DNA from: Octopus vulgaris
Taxonomy: Eukaryota
Length of the DNA: 64,000 nucleotides
NCBI GenBank assembly: GCA_951406725.2
Contig: OX597815.1
Coordinates: forward strand, 140,988,001-141,052,000
Direction: 5' to 3'
The position numbers were made by a program, and so were the translations under genes. Under the pieces are notes generated by a model. It ran no database searches and had not been told where the DNA came from. It was given only the letters and a program-made list of their open reading frames with translations. How positions within the stretch are numbered: position 1 is the stretch's first letter; the number at the start of each line of letters is the position of its first letter. Positions 1 to 15,799 of the stretch are shown here, piece after piece.

Positions 1-724
1 TCCAAAATACAAGTTTCCCTTCAATTAAAATATCATAGAAGGGTATTCAGAGATATTATTGAAAGCTTTAACTTTTAAATTGCTTGCTAAATGATAAAAG
101 ATAGTGACGTTCGGAACAATCTCTAGATTGATATAATTGAAAACAACACCACCCCGCCAAGCTGATATAAAAATCCCAAAGTATTTGATTTTTGCTAAAC
201 AATCCATTGTTGCTTGCTGAATGATAAAAGGTACTGGCATCCAGAACAATCTGTAGATTGATATAATTGAAAATAAAGCCCCAAGCTGATATGAAAATCC
301 AACACTATTTGATTTTTGTTTAGCCATCCATTGTTTGTTTTGCATCCATTTAATTTAGTCCTGAACCTCTGTCAAGTCTGACACATCAATCTTCTTGATG
401 TAGATTAATAACCTTAGTTCTTATACTACACTTGGATAAAAACGTTAGCACTTTTTCCAATATTATCTTTAAACTTTCTATGCATATCGGTTAGATCGCA
501 CACTCCACTATCGAAACAATTTACATACAAAGATAATACATAATAGTCTTTTCTAGTAAGTAGTTGCCACACATATCAGAAATGGGCTGAGGAATATGTA
601 TTTGAAACAAAGTCTAGGAAAACGAGTTGATGATAGAAGGCATATTGGCAGAAAGACATTGGATGCAGGACCAGTTTAAACATTTTTAACACACACACAC
701 ACACACACATACGTGAATACATAT

Positions 725-884
725 AGGAATAGCTATGTGATAAGAACTTGCTCACTAACCCCATGATTTCGGGTTTAGTCCCACTGCGTTAAACCTTGGG
801 CAAGTGTCTTCTACTATAGCCTCGGGCCGACGAAAGCCTTGTGAGTGGATTTCGTAGACGGAAACTGAAAGAAGCCCGTCGTAT
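725..884 (+). mobile_element. tRNA-derived SINE, family A, 5' half
   Basis: B-box-like GGGTTTAGTCCC, then CCTTGGGCAAGTG...GAAACTGAAAGAAGCCCGTCG. The same sequence recurs at 7725, 19487, 54005, 60063 and 60626. Confidence 0.8.
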
Positions 885-1269
885 AACGCACACATATATA
901 TACTAATAAACCCGCATTTACATACGCTGCCACACACACACGCGCGCAACAGAATGGCACACAGAGATAGGTACACACACACATTTATACAGTGAGAGAA
1001 CACACGACACAATGACACATGAAGATAAACACACACAGACACACATACACCTGCACACACGCACATATACAAATTTCCACTCCGTCGATACACACATGCC
1101 AACACACACACTCACACCACCGCCACCAGCCTCAGCCATTCACACAGCCACTCCCACCCATTGACACACCCTTCAGATAACGTGCCCACACTCCAGCTCA
1201 CACCTCTCTACCTCTCACACACGTAAAAATACACACATGCACGCAGACTATGTATATGTATGTGTGCGT

Positions 1270-2058
1270 GCATATATATGATTGTGTGCGTGCGTATCTG
1301 CGTGTGTGTGTACGTATGTGTATGCTTGTGTGTATGTGTGTGCATGTATGTGTTTATGTATATGCATGTGTGTGCATGTATGTGTGTGTTGAGTGCTTTG
1401 AGCTATATATGTGCGTTCATGATTGTGTGCGTGCATGTCTGCGTGCTTGTTTGTTCGTGAGTGTATGTGTGTGCGTGTATGTAGGTGTGTGTATGTATGT
1501 GTGCACAACCACATACACGCACACACACACGAACGCACATGTACGTCCGCACACACAACACACACCCAACAGACACATACATGCACGAACATACACGCAC
1601 ACACTCACACTCACACGAACCCAGACATACCTCCACATGCACAACACACACACAGCACAGACTTACATACATACACATACATACACACGCGTACGTACAC
1701 ACACACATGCACAGACATACATACATACACATACATACACACGCGTACGTACACACACACATGCACACACATACATACACACGTACATAGCGCACGCAAA
1801 CACACACACGCTTGCATACAGATACACACACATACATACACACACCTACATACACGCACACACATACACTCACGAACAAACAAGCACGCAGACATGCACG
1901 CACACAATCATGAACGCACATATATAGCTCAAAGCACTCAACACACACATACATGCACACACATGCATATACATAAACACATACATGCACACACATACAC
2001 ACAAGCATACACATACGTACACACACGCAGATACGCACGCACACAATCATATATATGC
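1270..2058. repeat. Inverted repeat with arms of about 230 bp (1270-1503 and 1827-2058) in cryptic CA/TG-rich sequence
   Basis: The same peptide CVRMCMLVCMCVHVCVYVYACVCMYVCVECFELYMCVHDCVRACLRACLFVSVC is read on + (ORF 1250) and - (ORF 1403..2347). The unique k-mer GAGTGCTTTGAGC at about 1391 is mirrored by GCTCAAAGCACTC at about 1927. Confidence 0.85.
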
Positions 2059-2530
2059 TCGCACACATACATATACATAGGCACACACACGCACACACAG
2101 GCACACACACAGATACACACACACTTAGGAACGCACATATAGTTCCACACAGACAACACGCACATACACGTACACACAAATTCGTACATACACTTCCATA
2201 CTCACTCACACGCATATACACATACATGTCCACACACGCACACACAAACACACACATGCATATACAAGGAGAGAGAGAGAAAGATAGATAGGTAGAGAGA
2301 GAGAGAGAGAAGCAAATACATGCTGACATAGAAAGAGTGGTACACACATGCTAGAGGATATGTCCGCTTGTCCAACTAGCTAGAGGAGATGTCCTTTTGG
2401 AGTAAAAAAATCGCTCGAACGGACGGCCATGTTAAAGTGGCCATGAATTTTGCTGGTCAGTATATCTGCTGCTTTGATCTGTAAGAGAGATTATACAACT
2501 AGTATTTTTGCTTATGTATGAGTGTGTGTA

Positions 2531-2573
<43 letters not shown>

Positions 2574-2589
2574 GTGAGAAAGTATATAT

Positions 2590-2800
2590 ATATAGTAAAT
2601 CCCCCCAAAAGACGAAGAACAAACACAAGAAAATATAAAACATCAACGCGAGGATGTGGTATTAGCAGACGCTCCGGGAAGGAAAGATAGGTAGTTTTGC
2701 GCTTCGAGGAAGCTCTTCGTCAGAATCAAGAGACGGAGGAAAGACGAAGAGACAAGGAAGACGGAGGAAAACAAATCGCCAACGATTCACATGTGGTTAC
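2590..2800 (-). mobile_element. Short non-autonomous PLE-like module with hammerhead-like motif (family H1)
   Basis: Minus strand reads CGTTGGCGATTT...CTGACGA-AGAGCTTCCTC-GAAGCG...CCTCGCGTTG. It is homologous to 21985-22200 (+) and flanked by (TA)n on both sides. Confidence 0.65.
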
Positions 2801-2807
2801 ATTTTGA

Positions 2808-6044
<3,237 letters not shown>

Positions 6045-6046
<2 letters not shown>

Positions 6047-6194
6047 TTGTCTCTGGGGAGAGTCATTTTCTTTTAGTGCCTTATAATTTAACACACTAAA
6101 ATTTCCAATTATTTCTTATTTTTATTTTCCTAAAACTTTTTGTTGTGTTAAATTTTGAGACACAAAAACAAAACGACTCTCTCCAGACACAATA
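6045..6194. mobile_element. Small fold-back (MITE-like) element abutting the LINE tail
   Basis: TATTGTCTCTGGGGAGAGTCATTTT (about 6045-6069) is the imperfect reverse complement of AAAACGACTCTCTCCAGACACAATA (about 6170-6194). An inner pair AATTTAACACA / TGTGTTAAATT is also present. Confidence 0.7.
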
Positions 6195-6274
6195 GAATAT
6201 GCTTCAATACACGAACGCACATAGTGTCTTGCAAACCAAATCCAAAAGTGAAATATGTATATATATATATATAT

Positions 6275-6292
6275 AACATAATATAAAATCTG

Positions 6293-6327
<35 letters not shown>

Positions 6328-6680
6328 TTCTAGGATCTCGGGCATCCTCCATCCGATTGCGCTCAAATTTGATATGTAGATACCGACGATATCAGGGTGT
6401 GTATAAGTCTTGACAAAATTACAAAAATCTATTCCAGGTGAGGATGCGATCGATAAAGCTGTAGGAACGTGCATTTGTACGCGCAAGTACAGCAGCTGTT
6501 GCGATCGATACTACACATACGCGTGAAAAATGCACGGATTCTTAAATTTAGGTTAAATCAGTGTTTCTCAAAGGGGAGGCCTATGAGACGGTCGGACAAG
6601 TTATTTTGAGAATATTTGGTCTAAATGTTTGACAACTCAGCACCGTCCATTGGACGGGGGGCGTTTTGTATATAGGATAT
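6275..6680 (-). mobile_element. Helitron/Helentron-like non-autonomous element (HINE/DINE-1-like)
   Basis: Terminal hairpin CCGTCCATTGGACGG at about 6643-6657. Minus strand carries CAAATTTGAGCGCAATCGGATGGAGG, then (CA)n and a TTTTATATTAT end, resembling HINE organisation. Confidence 0.5.
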
Positions 6681-7073
6681 TTTTCCTTTTGAAATTAATT
6701 TCATGTCTGTTCGACCTTTTCACATGTCTTTATTTATTAAAACTTGTTAAAACTCTAGTGGTTCTTACAACTTTGCTTTCCTTTGTTTAATAACCATTCT
6801 TCTTCCTAATGATTTTGATTTCATTTTGTGATAGACGGCTATCATGTAGAAAATGCCAACTTCTAAATCTGATTTGGTGAAATTAATTAAACTGCAAATC
6901 TAAGCAAATTTATTCTGCAATTATTCTGGAACAAATAAACAAAACATCGGATTTAACTTAACAAATTATTTCAATATGCCAGATACGAAAATTTTGCCAT
7001 CATTTTAAAATCGCGCAATATGTGACAACAGTGAAGACCCTACAAAAGTGGAGACACAGACAGTTATAGAACG

Positions 7074-7127
<54 letters not shown>

Positions 7128-7452
7128 ACACTTATTTACAAACGTTTACATCGATTAAAATGGTGTATAATAGACATATACACGTATGTACATATGTACA
7201 TATATGTATATTTGAGTTTGTGTCTGTGCGCGAACGTTTCTTCGAGATGTACGGCAGAAAAGCCATCTACACCTCTCTTCTTAAAGCTACGGATACCTCA
7301 CACCAACTTTCTCTCCTTTCTTCGGCGTTTTAGAAGTTACCTATGTGCGTGTATGTGTTTGTGATTGTGTGTGCATGCGTGTATCTATGTATTTACGAAA
7401 TTATGTATGTGTGTGCATATATATATGTGTATGTATATATATATATATATAT

Positions 7453-7457
<5 letters not shown>

Positions 7458-7547
<90 letters not shown>
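7458..7547. repeat. (GA)n microsatellite following (TA)n
   Basis: Read directly from the sequence. Confidence 0.95.
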
Positions 7548-7550
<3 letters not shown>

Positions 7551-7724
7551 TATCTTTCTTGCCAGATTCAGCAAAATTTTGCCCTTTTATGGTTAGACAA
7601 TTTGTCTACGTCTAGAACGACTTAGAGTATATGTGACTGACTAAAAATGTCTATTGTCAACATCAAACACCAGACAATTGTCTTTATGAAAGACAGCACA
7701 GCTGGATATAAATTTGCACTGGTG

Positions 7725-7858
7725 AATCTGATGGACAAATCCACTCACAAGGAAATGTTCGGCTCGAAGCTATAAGAGAAGACTTGCCAAGGTGCCACAC
7801 AGTAGGACTGAAACCGGAGCGATGTGGTTAGGAAGCAACCTTCTTACCACACAGCCAC
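7725..7858 (-). mobile_element. SINE family A, 5' fragment
   Basis: Reverse complement reads GTGGCTGTGTGGTAAGAAGGTTGCTTCCTAACCACAT...GGTTTCAGTCCTACTGTGTGGCACCTTGGCAAGTCTTC. Confidence 0.75.
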
Positions 7859-8262
7859 ACATACACACACACATGCATGCATACATACATATTGTTGTGG
7901 CGAGAATCACGACACTCCTTGGGAGAATAGACTTCACCGTACAATTCTAAATGGAACAGGTCCGCGTGAGACGGAGAGTTTATCGCAAGAAGTCGTAAGT
8001 TGTTATTTTGTTGGTTTGTCAGAATATCATTTGTTGGTTCGTGTATATTTCGTGGAGAGTTTGTTGGATTGTTACATCGTTGTTACCATACTTCGTTATA
8101 TACTTTATTGATACTACGCGGTTATAGTGCAAACAAGTATGGTCATAAATAATGGTAATACTACAATAATTGGCGGTAACTATGTTGCAATGCACAAACA
8201 TACACACACGCATGCATATACACACGTAAACTACACACAGACGCACAGACATATATTCAGGT

Positions 8263-8299
<37 letters not shown>

Positions 8300-9184
8300 T
8301 TAAGAAAGGGATAAAGAGTAAGCGAGAGATAGGAATCAACATGCAGTTTAAAGTGCTCCTATCTATGCACATGCGTAGATCATATATAATTCTTCATATA
8401 TTCATGCACATAAACATACTTGCACAAAAACACATACATACTAATTCACTCAAGCATATATGCACACTGTTACACACATACACATGTACTTGTGACGCTC
8501 TACATGAAACCATGTAAGAAAATACCCAGTTGCTCGACATTTAACCTCCAAGAATTTGGCTCCTATGATTAATAGAAAACTTCTTCAGTATACAAATAAA
8601 ATACCCATATCCATTTATTTATTACTTTCTATCCACATTCAGTAGTTTCTTCTACTAGTATTTGAGGATATCGTATGTTTCCCAAGATTCCCCTCTACGA
8701 AAAACTAATGGCAATGAGCCAAGCAGAATTGTTTTTCCTCCCGCCGTTTCGTCGACTACGTGAATTTTGTTTAGCACTTAATTATTAGATGAAACTACTA
8801 TATAAGTAATATTAAACCAGCACATTTTAAAGAAAACTTCTCAGTGTTAGTTCTCTTTAGTAATAGCTTCTGTTGCATGGTTATTAATTTCTTTTACTAG
8901 TGTCATCATGTAAAATTTTTCTTAATCTTTGACCGATACGTTATATGCAGATATCAAGATACATTTAATGTTTCCTTCGTAGGTCATCTGTTTATGTATA
9001 TGTAGCTTTGTATCCAAGTATCAGTACGTAAGTACTTACATGCATACATATATATACATTGATACAAACATATATATATATATGTGTGTGTGTGTGTGTA
9101 TATATATAAATACACGCATATATATATATATATGTATATATATATAAATATATATATATGTTATATATATCTATGTGTGTAGGT

Positions 9185-9468
9185 ACGTGGAATCTCCCGT
9201 CGTTAGACGACGTATGAAGTCTCTGCAGTTCCTTTCCGAACAACCACATAGATTTGATTATAGCGATCAAATGTTGTTTGTGTTCACATAAGCGCACCCC
9301 CTCCATCAAATTCTCCCTACCTGTAGAGGGGCACAATATGCCACAGGTTAGATGAGGGAATGATGGCAGAGCAACGTGAAATGAAGTGCTTTGCTCAAGA
9401 ACACAACGCAACGCCCGGTCTGAGAATCGAACCCACAATCTCGTAATCGTGAGTGAAACACCCTAACC
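9185..9468 (-). mobile_element. tRNA-derived SINE, family B
   Basis: Minus strand reads GGTTAGGGTGTTTCACTCACGATTACGAGATTGTGGGTTCGATTCTC (A/B boxes), then GTGTTCTTGAGCAAAGCACTTCATTTCACGTTGCTC. A related core occurs at about 29480-29510. Confidence 0.7.
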
Positions 9469-9509
9469 TTTAAGACATGTACGTATATATACACAGAGAG
9501 AGAAATATA

Positions 9510-11562
9510 TATAGAGAGAAAACGGAAGAGTTTATTCGAAGATTGAGATGGAAAGCCTTCTTCTTTGATAATAAACAGAAAATAGAAGGAAACATATATG
9601 GATTTAAATCTCCCAGAAACCCGCCACCCATTCCGGAATTAGAAGCCTTCGAGAAAGACCTTTTCGAGCTTATTAGGAAAATTAAATTCCGCAAATATAC
9701 CAACCAATTACAGAGAAATATGAGAGAAAAAATTAAGGAGATTAACGACTCGAATAAGATCTTCGTTAATTCTGATAAGACAAGGAACTTATATGCACTT
9801 GATCAGGACGTTTATAAGCGCCTGATTTCGAATAGTGTCACAGACACATACAAAAAAGACAACACGAATATATACAAAGAGGTGAACTTAGAAGCAAGAG
9901 GAATAGCTAACGATCTTAAGATTAGCAATAGGATTCACCACGACCAGCTTTTATTACTCTGAAAGACCATAAAGCCAATTTTAGTAGAAACCCCAAATGT
10001 AGATTGATAAATCCGGCTAAAACTGAGATAGGAATTATTATCAAAAATATTTTAGACCGTATTTTAGTTAAGTTAGATAGTGAAGTAGACTTGAGAATTT
10101 GGAAGAATAGTAAGTCAGTCATAGAGTGGTTTAAAGGTATTAGCTATAAGAATAATTGTAGTTTCACACAATTTGACAATATTGACTTTTACCCGTCAAT
10201 ATCTAGGACGTTGCTCCTAAGGGCATTGGACTTCGCCAAGCAGTATGTCAACATCGATAGCTCGGAAATTGATATTATTATGCATGCGAGGAAATCGCTC
10301 TTTTTTTCGAGGATTCCACCTGGATTAAGAAGACTGAGGATTCTCTTTTCGATGTACCGATGGGGGCATACGATGGGGCTGAGTTATGTATGCTCATAGG
10401 AGCCTTTATTCTCCATAATCTAAAAATAGAATTCCCATTAATAGATGCAGGTTTATATAGGGATGACGGCCTTATAGCCACGCATAATCTAAACGGCCAT
10501 GAATCAGATAGACTTAGGAAGGACCTCATAGCTTTCTTTCAAAGGATGGGCTTACGGGTTACGATAGATGCTAACCTAAATAGTGTAGATTTTTTAGACG
10601 TAAATTTTAATGTAAGATCGGATAGATTTAAACCTTTCCGTAAGCCCAATGAAAAGCTATCGTATATTAGCAAAGATTCGAACCATCCACCAGTTATCCT
10701 TAGGAACTTAGTCAGCAATGTAGGTAGAAGAATATCTTCAATTTCTTCGGACGAGGCAGCATTCCATAATGCTGCACCTTATTACGATAGCGCATTAAAG
10801 AATAGTGGATTCTCTAAGAAGATCCAGTTCAACCAGCTTAATGCTGATAATAATGCTGCACGAAGAACTAGGACCAGGAAAGTTTTGTGGTTCAACCCAG
10901 CTTTCAATTTGGCCGTAAAGACTAATATAGGTAAGGAATTTTTGAGATTAGTCTCTAAGCATTTTAAGCAGGGTCATAAATTCTATAGGATATTTAATAG
11001 AAGAACCCTGAAGGTTAGCTATTCTTGTTGCAGAAATTTCGCCTCTTACATTAGCCAACATAATAGGAAGCTAATTGAGATTAGACATGGTGCCGAGCCC
11101 ATTAAGAAATGCAATTTCAAAAACGAAAGCTCCTGTCCGTTAGAAGGGAAATGTCTAGTGAAAGGAGTAGTTTATAGAGCCAAAGTGCAAGTGGAAGGCT
11201 CATCGGAATACAAGACATACACAGGGGCTTCAGAAAATTCATTTAAAACAAGATTTTATTCTCATAAAAATTCATTTAAATACCCAGAGAATAGGAAGAG
11301 GACCAGCCTAGCAAAATATGTCTGAGAACTAAAAGAAAAGGAAGCCCCACCTTTCAACGTGACATGGAACATTCTGGACAGGGCGGCACCATACAGGCAT
11401 GGAGCATACAAAAATAATTTCAAGTGCAAACTTTGTCTATTAGAGAAAATGTACATCTTATTCAAAGACAATAATTCTTTGATTCAAAGAAGTGAGCTAA
11501 TGAACTTATGTAGGCACGCGGCTAAATTTAAAATGTCGAATATAAATATACCATATGGATAG
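9510..11562 (+). pseudogene. PLE RT/GIY-YIG ORF with two frameshifts (about 9935 and 10305) and a TGA at 11323-11325
   Basis: ORFs 9477, 10004, 10360 and 11359 tile a single PLE protein. LAKYV*ELKEK continues in frame to 11562. Confidence 0.88.
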
Positions 11563-12802
11563 AGTATATATTTTGTATTTTTGATTTTTGAAATTTTTAT
11601 TTTGACCCTTGAACGATAAGCGCTACGATGGATTTTGTTTCCAAGCTATGCGGATCTTAATCCGTATAGCAAAGTCTTATGTTTCTACATATACATTAGG
11701 AAAAACCTTCGACTTTGTTTTCATGTTATTGTATTGTATGGGATTACCTTGATTATTTATATTACCTTGATTATTTATAAATGATCCAAAATAGGGTGTT
11801 ATATTTTATTTTATATGTCTTTCGTATATATTTTTATTAATGCACTCATTTTTTTAAAAAAAGCAATGTTTTTTTTAAAAAAAGCAATGTTTTTTTTAAA
11901 TAAAGCAATGTTGTCAAAATTAGAATGTTGATATAAGTATGTGTATAGCCAAGGATATGTATTTGTAAGCATGCGTATCTGTGTATGTGTAAGTGAGAGT
12001 ATGTTTGTGCTTAAGCACACATATACACGACTGTATGTATATGTATCCATTCGAACTTGTGTTTGTATACTTGTCTCCATATATGCCAATAATGCCGTTA
12101 CACAGCTTGTATACATAATTTTTTCTTACTTCGTTGTTTCCCCCACCCCTTCTTCGTTCCTTTTTCTCTCTCTTCCTTTCTTTCGTTCCCCCCCACTTAC
12201 TCAGTATATGAGAATCGCTACATAGATGATTTTTAACTTGCGTGCGAGATGGTTTGCGTGAATATATGTACACATGCATTTATGTGTATATTTAGATTTA
12301 TATTCATACGTCTGTATATGTATGGCGTTTGCGCGCATCCTTTTGTGTATGTTGATATATATATGTACATTTTAATATAAATATGTATTGCAGTGTAATA
12401 TTTATAACAGGTTTAATTTCTATGCATTAATTTATACTTTCTTCATTAACGTCAATATGTATTTTATTCAATGTAAGGTTTTTTCCTCGGATTTTATAAT
12501 TTTTATAAGTTTTTTTTATATATATATACATATATTTTTGACCTTTTTGTTTATCGCTCGAAGATTGACCGTTTTTTCTAAAGGGCCAATCAAACAAGTC
12601 CATTTCTTTTTAAAGGTGTAGCGTTTGTAAGAGTCTAGATTGAATTGATATATCGGTTCCATTCTAGCAAAAACTGTCTGATGAACGTCAACGGTAACAG
12701 ATTTTGTTGAAGTTTCTGCTGCTTAAAATAAAGCATATTACTCTACCACTGGTATTTGAGTACTCTTTTTTCCACCTTGTTTCACATTTATGTGTTTACT
12801 CC

Positions 12803-12805
<3 letters not shown>
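9510..12805 (+). mobile_element. Penelope-like retroelement (RT plus C-terminal GIY-YIG; resembles the Hydra clade) with about 1.2 kb 3' region
   Basis: Motifs FIRRLRWKAFFF, SDKT, ITLKDHK, RLINP, QFDNIDFYPSI, MGAYDGAE, GLYRDDG (10456-10467), FLDV, SNHPP, WFNP, KVSYSC, a Cys linker CNF-x5-CPLEGKC, VVYRA...YTGASENSFKTRFYSH and CKLCLLEK. Flanked by TA-rich microsatellites. Confidence 0.9.
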
Positions 12806-12837
<32 letters not shown>

Positions 12838-12997
12838 CAATGATAAATATCAAAGTGAGTTATATACAGTAGCGGTAACACATCGTGACGTATATTTGCC
12901 ATCTCAATATGGCTACCCCTAAGGGTGGATGCTACCAACATATACAGCTTCTTGAATTGCATACACACACACGCACAAACAAGTGCACACACACAAA

Positions 12998-13054
<57 letters not shown>

Positions 13055-13832
13055 GACATCCCGATTTCGCACCATTTCTGCTCTACCGGTCATTTATTAC
13101 AACTCAGGGGCCATCTGGACTCCCGCCATCGCCGTGAACAGAAATTAAACTTCTCTCTCCGCTCCTTTGCGCTACATGGGGTCAACTCCCTTCTCCTCTT
13201 CATCTGACTTACCTCCTCTCCTCGCTTGCCCCGGCACCTTTTTTCCTCTCTTCACTCCTACTTACCTTCACCCTTCCATCATTATCCTCTCCATCCGCAC
13301 CCCATACACATCCAAACCCCTCACCCATATACGCCACCTCTACACACATATTCCCACCCCCACCCTAACATCCCCAGACCCCACCCTGACATCAACACAC
13401 CAGACCCTGACATACCCCCACCCCGCCCTGACATCCGCACACTACATCCTGACATCCCCACACCTTAACACCGCCACACCACACCACACATCACCACAAA
13501 CACCACCATACCTCATCATGTCACACCACACTGCACACTACCTCACAACACCACACACTATCGCACCAAATCACACCACCCTGTACACACTAGCACTGAC
13601 CACTTACCAGCATCCACACATTACAGACACACACATGCGCATCTACATGTCAAGTCACCAGCTCCAAAAGATATATTTTATTCTCTGTTCATTTGCTCGT
13701 GTACCTTTCTATTGAAGAGCGTAGGCTTGAAATGCGAAGACTTTCTCACCTTCCCGAGTGTTAAACTAATACACCTGTTTGTTGTTTATACACTTGTCTT
13801 CGTCTTTTGTTTTTCTGTAAATTCAACTATAT
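13055..13832 (+). mobile_element. 3' end of a different PLE (GIY-YIG C-terminus, C/A-rich tract, hammerhead-like motif; family H2)
   Basis: GHLDSRHRREQKLNFSLRSFALHGVN matches the PLE endonuclease end R..EQ.LIF.L....P.GLN. The motif CTATTGAAGAGCGTAGGCTTGAAATG lies at about 13709-13734, and the terminal part is homologous to 24362-24615 (-). Confidence 0.65.
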
Positions 13833-13836
13833 ATGT

Positions 13837-13951
<115 letters not shown>

Positions 13952-13964
13952 TGAATGATATATA

Positions 13965-13967
13965 TAA

Positions 13968-13998
<31 letters not shown>

Positions 13999-14004
13999 GA
14001 TAGC

Positions 14005-14050
<46 letters not shown>

Positions 14051-14071
14051 AATATATAAATAGATAGATAT

Positions 14072-14139
<68 letters not shown>

Positions 14140-14153
14140 TTAGTTAGATAGAT
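13965..14153. repeat. (TAGA)n microsatellite
   Basis: Read directly from the sequence. Confidence 0.95.
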
Positions 14154-14731
14154 ATTTTCGTGTCTTCAGTTTCATCTTTATCAATAAAATTTATGATGTC
14201 GGATGTCTTTGTCAGTTCTATGCAATACTTCATTAGGTTTACGTTAAGGAAAATATTTACCAGCACGTAAATCTAGAATTATGCATAAAAAATTAATTAG
14301 GTTTAGAATAATATCTAATGTGTTCTGCAACATTAGTTCTTTGAATAAATTGACTTACAATTTCCTTATGACATCCATCAATCCTATGGTTTGTCATTCT
14401 ATGCTCAATTACCAATTCATCGAACCGGCTGAAACCAAACTGATGAACATTTCTATCCATTAAAAATATCCATCCTCATCGCGTGAACCCTTTATCCATC
14501 AAACAAACCCCAAATTACTGACTTATTTATCATCTAAAATATTTCGTGAATTACCATAGTTACTGAATCAGTAATTTGAATAATATCCTAACACACTTCC
14601 AAAAATTTATTATCTGGAAAACAATGCAGTTCGTCTTGCTTGAATTGTGTTTTTGAATGCACACATACATACATGCTTATATACTTACATATATACATAT
14701 ATACATGGATCATATGTACATATGTAAATAT

Positions 14732-14778
<47 letters not shown>

Positions 14779-14780
<2 letters not shown>

Positions 14781-15146
14781 CTAGCAGTATCGCCCGGCGT
14801 TGCTCAGGTTTGTAAGGGAAATAACTATAAAGCATTTTTAGAGAGTTATAGCCAAAAAATAGCAAAAAAAATGGGGGAAAATGATGGTAAATTTTTTGAG
14901 AGTTACAAAAGGTGGAGTTGCGTCCCCTAGACGGTCTGTGGTTCGGGTTTCTGATTCTCGACCCCATGTCGAATTTATCGATTTTTTTCAGAACTGGGGG
15001 AACTTTTCAAAAATTTCGCTGCGTTAGTTTTGAATTATGACATTGGGCTATGTGTGTGTCAAGTTTCATCAGAATCGGTTGAAAGCCGTGGTCAGAGTGA
15101 GGGTACGAGAAAACAGACACACAGAAACACTCACAGACAAACTGCC

Positions 15147-15152
<6 letters not shown>
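14779..15152 (+). mobile_element. Helitron/Helentron-like non-autonomous element
   Basis: Starts TACTAGCAGTATCGCCCGGCGTTGCTC, has subterminal AAGTTTCATCAGAATCGG then ACAG/AC repeats and a TTTATATATA end, and is inserted in (TA)n. Confidence 0.6.
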
Positions 15153-15189
<37 letters not shown>

Positions 15190-15799
15190 CACACGCACAT
15201 ATATATATATATACATATATATATAAATTTATAACAAATGAAAGACAGAAGATGGAATATATGAGAATTTATTATTCACCATGACAATTGGTTTGACACA
15301 TCTAGCATCGAATCCTTTTGCGTGGGACACTCAACAACTGGTTCAGGAGTATCCGGTAGTGCAGAGGTATCTCGTCAGGAGATAAATATATACGACTCGT
15401 TAAAATGACTTCCGCAATGTAACTTTCCGTTTTGCAGAGAGAAAAACAGCCAGACGGAGGGAATATTTTCATTTATCTAGAAGATCAAAAATAAAATCGC
15501 AGATGACAAAAAGAGAAACGAACACGCAATTCAGCGTGAAAAGTAGTGAAAATAGCCGATAACATATATGGATGCATAAAATGCCTCGAGCAAGCTTCAT
15601 TGCGCGAGTAAACTCGCTCACACAAGCATCCGCAAAAATGTGAGATTAAGCACACGTCAGGTTTGGTCACAAAGCGAGTTAGCTATTTACTTGGTGTTTA
15701 TAAGAATGAGGCGGTGAAAGGTAAACTCAAGTCATCTATACCTTAAAGTAAATTAAATTATGTTAACGGTTATTCAAAATCCAGTTAAATTGGGTGTAG

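Noticed and set aside
755-2347. Many overlapping ORFs rich in CV, HT and YI
   Set aside because: These are translations of (TG), (CA) and (TA) repeats. The same applies to similar ORFs across the window.
7893-8165. Possible solo LTR (TGTTGTG...TACTACA)
   Set aside because: The terminal inverted match is imperfect, there is no clean TSD and there is no second copy in the window.
11323-11325. In-frame TGA in the PLE ORF as selenocysteine, as reported for some Naiad PLEs
   Set aside because: It falls at a Trp position (LAKYV-W-ELK), not a Cys position, so a TGG-to-TGA mutation explains it. The element also has a C-terminal endonuclease, unlike Naiads.
11845-11912. Three 21-bp repeats (TTTTTTTAAAAAAAGCAATG) as a CRISPR-like array
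   Set aside because: There are no spacers. It is a simple minisatellite in the PLE 3' region of a eukaryotic genome.
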